20,319 nt of DNA from a virus. Lineage: Duplodnaviria > Heunggongvirae > Uroviricota > Caudoviricetes. The position numbers and the translations under genes were made by a program. The notes beneath the pieces were generated by a model that worked only from the letters and a program-made list of their open reading frames with translations, did no database searches and was not told the DNA's origin. This document shows, piece after piece, positions 14,148 to 20,319 of this stretch (position 1 is the stretch's first letter; the number at the start of each line of letters is the position of its first letter). The stretch lies in IMG/VR virus record IMGVR_UViG_2651869781_000004; one strand, given 5' to 3'.

Positions 14148-14644
14148 TGCCTCCATCATTACGAAAAGCCGTTGCTGCTGCTATTGGTGGTGGGGCTGTT
14201 GCCATAGCGTCTGTGCTCATCACTGGTCCGAGTGGTGACGATGGCCTGGAAGGTGTCAGCTACATACCATACGAAGATATCGTTGGCGTATGGACTGTAT
14301 GTCACGGACACACCGGAAAAGACATCATGCCCGGTAAAACGTATACCGAAGCAGAATGCAAAGCCCTCCTGAATAAAGACCTTGCCACGGTCGCCAGACA
14401 AATAAACCCGTACATCAACGTCGATATACCGGAAACAACGCGCGGCGCTCTTTACTCGTTCGTTTACAACGTGGGCGCTGGCAATTTCAGAACATCGACG
14501 CTTCTTCGCAAAATAAACCAGGGCGATATCAAAGGCGCATGTGATCAGCTACGGCGCTGGACATACGCTGGCGGTAAGCAATGGAAAGGGCTGATGACTC
14601 GCCGTGAGATTGAGCGTGAAGTCTGTTTGTGGGGGCAACAATGA
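14147..14644 (+). CDS. R: SAR-endolysin (lysozyme, glycoside hydrolase family 24)
   Basis: N-terminal Gly/Ala-rich signal-anchor-release segment ([20 protein letters not shown]) followed by a T4/P22-type lysozyme core ([18 protein letters not shown]). Confidence 0.85.
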   Translation: MPPSLRKAVAAAIGGGAVAIASVLITGPSGDDGLEGVSYIPYEDIVGVWTVCHGHTGKDIMPGKTYTEAECKALLNKDLATVARQINPYINVDIPETTRGALYSFVYNVGAGNFRTSTLLRKINQGDIKGACDQLRRWTYAGGKQWKGLMTRREIEREVCLWGQQ

Positions 14645-15078
14645 GCAGAGTAACCGCGATTATCTACGTTCTGGTCATCTGCCTCATCGTCTGCCTTTCA
14701 TGGGCTGTTAATCATTACCGTGATAACGCCATCGCCTACAAAGAGCAGCGCGATAAAGCCACATCCATCATCGCTGATATGCAGAAGCGGCAACGTGATG
14801 TAGCAGAACTTGACGCCAGATACACAAAGGAGCTTGCTGATGCTAATGCGACTATCGAAAGTCTCCGTGCTGATGTTTCTGCTGGGCGTAAGCGCCTGCA
14901 AGTCGCCGCCACCTGTGCAAAGTCAACGACCGGAGCCAGCGGCATGGGCAATGGAGAAACCCCAGGACTTACAGCAGATGCTGAACTCAATTATTACCGT
15001 CTCCGAAGTGGAATCGACAGGATAACCGCGCAGGTTAACTACTTGCAGGAGTACATTAGGACGCAATGCCTTCGATGA
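14641..15078 (+). CDS. Rz: Spanin, inner-membrane subunit (Rz)
   Basis: ATG 14641 overlaps the endolysin stop. N-terminal transmembrane helix ([18 protein letters not shown]) then a coiled-coil periplasmic domain. Confidence 0.8.
   Translation: MSRVTAIIYVLVICLIVCLSWAVNHYRDNAIAYKEQRDKATSIIADMQKRQRDVAELDARYTKELADANATIESLRADVSAGRKRLQVAATCAKSTTGASGMGNGETPGLTADAELNYYRLRSGIDRITAQVNYLQEYIRTQCLR
14840..15025 (+). CDS. Rz1: Spanin, outer-membrane lipoprotein subunit (Rz1), embedded in Rz in the +1 frame
   Basis: Embedded ORF with lipobox (LLGVSAC) and Pro-rich mature region ([18 protein letters not shown]). Exact start (14810/14840/14846) uncertain. Confidence 0.55.
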   Translation: MLMRLSKVSVLMFLLGVSACKSPPPVQSQRPEPAAWAMEKPQDLQQMLNSIITVSEVESTG

Positions 15079-15194
15079 TAGCGATAATTTTCCCATTATC
15101 TTTCATATGCGTGATTTTAGTTAGTTTTAGTCGCAACACGAATAAAACAGAGAACCACCCGCTATACGAGTGGTTCTGATTTACACTTTTGAAA

Positions 15195-15425
15195 CTAAAA
15201 GCTAAATACTTGAGCAAGAACAGCTAACGCTGCGCAAAAAGCAGCCCGTTTATTCCATTTACTTTGTATTTCAATGGCTTTAAAACAACCCAGTGATGAG
15301 AAACTGCCTTGTTCCGTTTTTGGTGGGTGTTCTTTGGAAGATGCAAAACATGAAATAATCCAAAAAATGGCGGAAAAAATTCCAAAAATTATTGAAGGCA
15401 AATGATGCTCTTTCAAAAACTCCAT
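15195..15425 (-). CDS. Small membrane protein (76 aa), opposite strand to the lysis genes
   Basis: Minus-strand ORF with two hydrophobic segments (LPSIIFGIFSAIFWIISCF and AAFCAALAVLAQVF). An inverted repeat at 15151-15177 with T-run lies just beyond its stop. Occupies a bor-like position but is not Bor-like in sequence. Confidence 0.35.
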   Translation of the reverse strand: MEFLKEHHLPSIIFGIFSAIFWIISCFASSKEHPPKTEQGSFSSLGCFKAIEIQSKWNKRAAFCAALAVLAQVFSF

Positions 15426-16100
15426 GACTTAACTCTCTTAAAAGTTGCTAAACATCGCTCGCAAACAAGAAAGAAAAGTTCTGTTGCGAGCACTCCACAA
15501 TTTAAACGCCACACAAGCAGCTATTAGGTGGACGGTTCCAAGATTGCTATCAACTGCCACCCGAATACCGTCAAAACTTGACGTCCAACCAAGAATTATT
15601 GAGTTGTAAACTCAACGCAATGATCTGGTTGGTATAAATGTGACATATGTCATGAATCGACTAGTTGAGATAGTCAAGATGGGCTTGCTTGACATCATCA
15701 CCACAACCGGAGCCAACAATGGCAGATTGCGTTACCCAGATTTGATAAAGGCATTTTAGCCTGACATAACTATGCACTGTATCGTCGCCGTATTCCCGCA
15801 TCAACAGAGACCACAGCCCGAGAGGGAGACTCCTCTGCGCGAGTGTGCGGGGATAATCAAAAACGATACACACCGGGGTTTACCGTGTTAACGGAGCGCG
15901 GCGTTGTCCCCTCATGGTCGCTGGTCCGGTGCGATGGTGGAAGAAACCGGACGATGTGTTACCTCGCAAGCTCTGTTATGTCATGTGTCTGATTTGTGAT
16001 TTAAGTCGGATAATTGTCATTGCCATTAAGCAGAGGATTGATGACCGACAGGGCTGCATTGTTAGAATAAGACTTATTCTTATCTATGCCGGGAATAAAA

Positions 16101-16427
16101 ATGAAAAGAAATCTTCCGTTAATTATTTTGTTGTCTTCTTTGGTTATGGGCTGTACGCAACATAAAACAGATATGCCTCGACAGTTGGTTAAGGCATTAC
16201 CACAATATCCGGCCTATGCCGCGGCAAATTATATAAAGGGACGGGTTGATGTGAAGTTTGATATTGGTGCTGATGGTACTGTCACCCGAATTGAGTTTAT
16301 CCGTTCAGAGCCGCACCATCTGTTTGATGAGCAGGTTGTAAAGGCGATGGCAAAATGGCGATTTGAGAAGGACAAGCCGCGTAAAGGCGTGAAGAAAACA
16401 TTTATCTTTAGTCCTTCAGCACCCTGA
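16101..16427 (+). CDS. Small lipoprotein with a TonB C-terminal-like domain
   Basis: Signal peptide plus lipobox (MKRNLPLIILLSSLVMGC). The mature part PQYPAYAAANYIKGRVDVKFDIGADGTVTRIEFIRSEPHHLFDEQVVKAMAKWRFE matches the TonB C-terminal domain pattern (compare E. coli TonB PVYPARAQALRIEGQVKVKFDV...AMRRWRYE). Confidence 0.65.
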   Translation: MKRNLPLIILLSSLVMGCTQHKTDMPRQLVKALPQYPAYAAANYIKGRVDVKFDIGADGTVTRIEFIRSEPHHLFDEQVVKAMAKWRFEKDKPRKGVKKTFIFSPSAP

Positions 16428-16938
16428 TTATTTTATCAGAAGTTAATTATCACTCTGTTGCTATTCAGTACATCCCTGCAGGGTAAAGTCTTGTTTCGCC
16501 GGATATGAAGATGAAATATTGTTAGAAGACAGTAGCTACCGGTTCCTGTAACCGAACGTTCATTTCTCGTTATTTTTCATGCTGGCCGGGCGCAGGTGCT
16601 TTGCATCTGTTGCCAGCCTTCTCCTGCAGGCTTCAATAACCCATGCCGAAAAATTACCCGATCCCTTACGTTCAAGGGCAATATGGATTTGATTAATCAT
16701 CTGGTTTGGGAAGCTTTATTTTTTGATGACATTGTGTTTTTCCGTGTTCAGTGCTGCTGATTTGTATTGTCTTAAGATGTCTTTACGTTAAGTTGACACA
16801 GATCAATTAATGCATGACTTGGACAAAATTGATTATTTGTCGTGGTTTTATGGTGTACGTGGGATGTGTGATGGTATTTATATAAATGATAATTATTATC
16901 ATTTTATTGGGTCCTTTCCGGCGATCCGGCAGGCTACG

Positions 16939-16950
16939 GGGCGGCGACCT
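16939..16950. other. cosN cohesive-end site (GGGCGGCGACCT), with lambda-like cosB extending to about 17100
   Basis: gggcggcgacctcgcgggttttcgctatttatgaaaatttt matches the left end of phage lambda as recalled, about 170 bp upstream of the Nu1 homologue. Confidence 0.75.
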
Positions 16951-17119
16951 CGCGGGTTTTCGCTATTTATGAAAATTTTTAGGGAAAAATCAGATCCGTT
17001 CTTCTTCTTTTTAACTGTTTGATTATCAATAGAATTTTAAAAATATAAAAGGATCTGACAAAGGCTGTTTTTGTTAGAAAACGCCATTTTCAGATCCTTT
17101 CTGGTTCCCGGGGGAGTGT

Positions 17120-17668
17120 ATGAACGTCAATAAGAAAAAACTGGCCGATATTTTTGGCGTTGATGTCAGGACCATCACCGCCTGGCAGAGTCAGGGGTTA
17201 CCACTAGTTTCTGGTGGAGGGAAAGGGACTGAATCAGTTTTTGATACAACTGCTGCCATTCAGTGGTATGCGCAGAGGGAATCTGATATTGAAAACGAAA
17301 AACTCCGTAAAGAGATCGAGGATTTGAGGGCTGCCAGCGAATCAGACCTTCAGCCCGGCACCATTGATTACGAACGTTACCGACTGACGAAGGCACAGGC
17401 CGATGCACAGGAGCTGAAAAATGCTCGTGAGGAAGGCCTTGTCCTCGAGACGGAGTTATTTACCTACATCTTTCAGCGAGTGGCACAGAATATATCAGGG
17501 ATCCTTGTCCGTGTCCCTCAGACACTGCAGCGTAAATACCCTGATATATCACCCGCACATCTTGATGCTGTGAAAACTGAAATCGCGAAAGCATCCGATG
17601 TGGCTTCTGAAGCCGGTGAGAATGTGCGCAGGTGGATTGATGATTTCAGACGAACTGAGGGCGGCTAA
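17120..17668 (+). CDS. nu1: Terminase small subunit (lambda Nu1 homologue)
   Basis: [36 protein letters not shown]...[48 protein letters not shown] is highly similar to lambda gpNu1. RBS GGGGAG. Confidence 0.85.
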   Translation: MNVNKKKLADIFGVDVRTITAWQSQGLPLVSGGGKGTESVFDTTAAIQWYAQRESDIENEKLRKEIEDLRAASESDLQPGTIDYERYRLTKAQADAQELKNAREEGLVLETELFTYIFQRVAQNISGILVRVPQTLQRKYPDISPAHLDAVKTEIAKASDVASEAGENVRRWIDDFRRTEGG

Positions 17669-19568
17669 TTCTGCAGGAGCGATAGCAACCGGCCTCCTTG
17701 CGCTAAAAATTCCTGTCCCTCTGACGACAGTTCAGTGGGCAGATCGACATTATTACCTTCCGAAAGAGTCATCTTACACCCCGGGGCGGTGGGAAACACT
17801 GCCGTTTCAGGTTGCCATCATGAACAGCATGGGGAATGACCGGATCCGCACTGTTAATCTGATTAAATCTGCCCGTGTTGGTTATACAAAGATGTTGCTG
17901 GGAGTGGAGGCTTATTTTATTGAGCATAAATCACGCAACAGCCTTCTTTTCCAGCCCACGGATTCTGCTGCTGAAGATTTTATGAAATCTCATGTGGAAC
18001 CCACGATCAGGGATGTGCCGGTTTTACTCGATCTTGCACCGTGGTTTGGGCGTAAACATCGTGATAATACCCTCACGCTGAAACGCTTTTCATCGGGCGT
18101 CGGTTTCTGGTGCCTGGGCGGCGCTGCCGCCAAAAACTACCGTGAAAAATCCGTGGACGTGGTCTGCTATGACGAACTTTCCTCGTTCGAGCCGGATGTC
18201 GAAAAAGAGGGCTCGCCAACCCTGCTGGGGGATAAGCGTATTGAGGGGTCGGTGTGGCCAAAATCCATTCGCGGCTCGACGCCTAAAATCAAAGGCACCT
18301 GCCAGATCGAAAAAGCGGCCAACGAGTCGGCGCATTTCATGCGTTTTTATGTGCCCTGCCCGCACTGTGGGGAGGCGCAGTATCTGAAATTTGGCGATGA
18401 GTCCACGCCTTTTGGGCTTAAATGGGAGAAGGACAGTCCCGAAAGCGTTTTCTACCTCTGTGAACATCATGGCTGCGTGATCCATCAGTCTGAGCTTGAC
18501 CAGAACAACGGGCGGTGGATCTGTGAAAACACGGGCATGTGGACCCGTGACGGTCTGACGTTTTTCAGCGCCCGGGGTGATGAAATTCCGCCGCCGCGCT
18601 CCATCACGTTCCATATCTGGACGGCGTACAGTCCGTTCACCACCTGGGTACAGATTGTCTATGACTGGCTGGATGCACTGAAAGATCCCAACGGCCTGAA
18701 AACCTTTGTGAACACCACGCTGGGCGAGACCTGGGAAGAGGCCGTGGGCGAAAAACTCGATCACCAGGTACTGATGGATAAGGTGGTGCGTTACACGGCG
18801 GCGGTGCCTGCCCGGGTGGTTTATCTGACGGCGGGCATTGACTCGCAGCGAAACCGTTTTGAGATGTATGTCTGGGGATGGGCTCCGGGAGAGGAAGCCT
18901 TTCTGGTGGATAAAATCATCATTATGGGGCGTCCTGATGAGGAAGAGACGCTGTTACGTGTGGATGCGGCGATCAACAAAAAATACCGCCATGCGGATGG
19001 CACCGAAATGACTATTTCCCGTGTCTGCTGGGACACCGGGGGGATCGATGGTGAAATTGTTTATCAGAGATCAAAAAAACACGGTGTTTTCCGGGTGCTG
19101 CCGGTAAAAGGCGCATCTGTCTATGGCAAGCCGGTGATCACCATGCCAAAAACCCGCAATCAGCGGGGCGTGTATCTGTGTGAAGTGGGAACGGACACCG
19201 CAAAAGAAATTCTCTATGCCCGTATGAAAGCCGATCCCACGCCTGCGGATGAAGCCACGTCGTATGCCATCCGTTTTCCTGATGATCCGGAGATTTTTTC
19301 GCAGACAGAGGCGCAGCAACTGGTGGCGGAAGAGCTGGTGGAGAAGTGGGAAAAAGGAAAGATGCGTCTGCTGTGGGATAACAAAAAGCGGCGTAACGAA
19401 GCGCTGGACTGCCTGGTGTATGCCTACGCGGCATTACGTGTGTCCGTGCAACGCTGGCAGCTTGATCTGGCTGTACTGGCAAAATCCCGGGAAGAAGAGA
19501 CGACCCGGCCAACCCTGAAAGAACTGGCAGCGAAGCTGTCCGGAGGAGTGAATGGTTACAGTCGCTGA
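17640..19568 (+). CDS. A: Terminase large subunit (lambda gpA homologue)
   Basis: Collinear high similarity to lambda gpA ([27 protein letters not shown]..., [18 protein letters not shown]..., KRRNEALDC...). ATG 17640 chosen by alignment with the lambda N-terminus; overlaps the Nu1 end. Track start is 17598. Confidence 0.9.
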   Translation: MISDELRAANSAGAIATGLLALKIPVPLTTVQWADRHYYLPKESSYTPGRWETLPFQVAIMNSMGNDRIRTVNLIKSARVGYTKMLLGVEAYFIEHKSRNSLLFQPTDSAAEDFMKSHVEPTIRDVPVLLDLAPWFGRKHRDNTLTLKRFSSGVGFWCLGGAAAKNYREKSVDVVCYDELSSFEPDVEKEGSPTLLGDKRIEGSVWPKSIRGSTPKIKGTCQIEKAANESAHFMRFYVPCPHCGEAQYLKFGDESTPFGLKWEKDSPESVFYLCEHHGCVIHQSELDQNNGRWICENTGMWTRDGLTFFSARGDEIPPPRSITFHIWTAYSPFTTWVQIVYDWLDALKDPNGLKTFVNTTLGETWEEAVGEKLDHQVLMDKVVRYTAAVPARVVYLTAGIDSQRNRFEMYVWGWAPGEEAFLVDKIIIMGRPDEEETLLRVDAAINKKYRHADGTEMTISRVCWDTGGIDGEIVYQRSKKHGVFRVLPVKGASVYGKPVITMPKTRNQRGVYLCEVGTDTAKEILYARMKADPTPADEATSYAIRFPDDPEIFSQTEAQQLVAEELVEKWEKGKMRLLWDNKKRRNEALDCLVYAYAALRVSVQRWQLDLAVLAKSREEETTRPTLKELAAKLSGGVNGYSR

Positions 19569-19758
19569 ACTGCAGGCGCTGCGTCAGGCGCGCCTTGATT
19601 TATTAACCGGTAAACGGGTGGTGTCTGTCCAGAAAGATGGTCGCAGAATTGAATATACGGCGGCTTCTCTGGATGAGCTTAACCGGGCGATCAATGATGC
19701 GGAGTCGGTACTGGGGACAACCCGGCGTCGCCGTCGTCCGCTGGGAGTGAGGTTATGA
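19552..19758 (+). CDS. W: Head-tail joining protein (lambda gpW homologue)
   Basis: 68 aa; LTGKRVVSVQKDGRRIEYTAASLDEL resembles lambda gpW. Overlaps the end of A and the start of the portal gene. Confidence 0.8.
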   Translation: MVTVAELQALRQARLDLLTGKRVVSVQKDGRRIEYTAASLDELNRAINDAESVLGTTRRRRRPLGVRL

Positions 19759-20319
19759 AACGAACGCCTGTCCTGATTGATGTGAACGGCGTTCCGCTTC
19801 GGGAGAGTCTCAGCTACAACGGGGGCGGTGCAGGATTTGGCGGGCAAATGGCGGAGTGGTTGCCACCGGCGCAGAGTGCCGATGCAGCCCTGCTGCCTGC
19901 GTTGCGTCTGGGGAATGCCCGGGCAGATGATCTGGTGCGCAATAACGGAATAGCGGCCAATGCGGTGGCACTGCATAAGGATCACATTGTCGGGCATATG
20001 TTTCTTATCAGCTACCGTCCGAACTGGCGCTGGCTGGGGATGCGGGAGACCGCAGCAAAAAGCTTTGTCGATGAGGTGGAGGCGGCCTGGTCGGAATACG
20101 CCGAAGGGATGTCTGGCGAGATCGACGTGGAAGGAAAACGCACGTTCACGGAATTTATCCGTGAAGGTGTGGGCGTTCATGCGTTTAACGGCGAAATCTT
20201 TGTGCAGCCGGTCTGGGATACGGAAACCACGCAGTTATTCCGTACGCGTTTTAAAGCCGTGAGTCCGAAACGGGTGGACACGCCAGGACACGGTATGGGG
20301 AACCGTTTTCTGCGGGCCG
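19755..20319 (+). CDS. B: Portal protein (lambda gpB homologue), 3'-truncated by the window edge
   Basis: ATG 19755 overlaps the W stop. MKRTPVLIDVNGVPLRESLSYNGGGAGFGGQ...ADDLVRNNGIAANAVALHKDHIVG...HAFNGEIFVQPVWDT...RTRFKAVSPKR is collinear with lambda gpB. Absent from the ORF track because no stop lies in the window. Confidence 0.85.
   Translation, partial: MKRTPVLIDVNGVPLRESLSYNGGGAGFGGQMAEWLPPAQSADAALLPALRLGNARADDLVRNNGIAANAVALHKDHIVGHMFLISYRPNWRWLGMRETAAKSFVDEVEAAWSEYAEGMSGEIDVEGKRTFTEFIREGVGVHAFNGEIFVQPVWDTETTQLFRTRFKAVSPKRVDTPGHGMGNRFLRA

Noticed and set aside
16810-17022. 70-aa plus-strand ORF just upstream of Nu1
   Set aside because: It spans the cosN/cosB packaging site, which is conserved as DNA sequence with lambda, and it has no RBS.
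18090-18764. 224-aa minus-strand ORF inside the terminase large subunit gene
   Set aside because: Lies entirely antisense within a gene collinear with lambda gpA; Arg/Pro/Gly-rich shadow-frame translation.
1-20319. CRISPR arrays, integrase or att sites, IS elements
   Set aside because: No regularly spaced direct repeats, no tyrosine or serine recombinase-like ORF and no transposase-like ORF were seen. The integration module presumably lies outside this window.

Overview
This window is a segment of a lambdoid prophage from an Enterobacteriaceae host (Escherichia/Shigella type), read left to right in the phage's own transcription order. All calls are from reading the sequence and recalled protein families; no database search was run.

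Layout:
- Replication module (1-1.9 kb): a winged-helix initiator and a DnaC-like helicase loader.
- A nin-like region (1.9-5.6 kb) of small, AT-rich genes of unknown function, punctuated by a duplicated junction element and two identical GAAA-tetraloop hairpins.
- A hok-family type I toxin locus (5.6-6.05 kb) with its promoter, leader ORF, long-range 5'/3' complementarity and terminator.
- A rem-like gene, a YdfU/DUF968-like protein, rusA and a putative Q antiterminator, followed by a tR'-like terminator.
- The late region has the organisation typical of Shiga-toxin converting phages: a beta-class DNA methyltransferase, three tRNAs (ileZ/argN/argO-like), then a sialate O-acetylesterase (NanS-p-like) and an S/R/Rz/Rz1 lysis cassette.
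- Lambda-like packaging: a cos site identical to lambda cosN/cosB, then Nu1, terminase A, W and the start of portal B.

The most interesting point is that the slot where stxAB sits in Stx phages (between argO and nanS-p, about 10.3-11.8 kb) holds about 1.5 kb of low-GC DNA with no AB5-toxin-like genes. It contains a minus-strand 111-aa gene with a strong ribosome-binding site, a weakly supported plus-strand ORF, a 28-codon hydrophobic mini-ORF and several GC-rich hairpins. Other items worth follow-up are a small lipoprotein with a TonB C-terminal domain between the lysis genes and cos, the modular moron cluster with highly acidic mini-proteins, and an apparently orphan methyltransferase.
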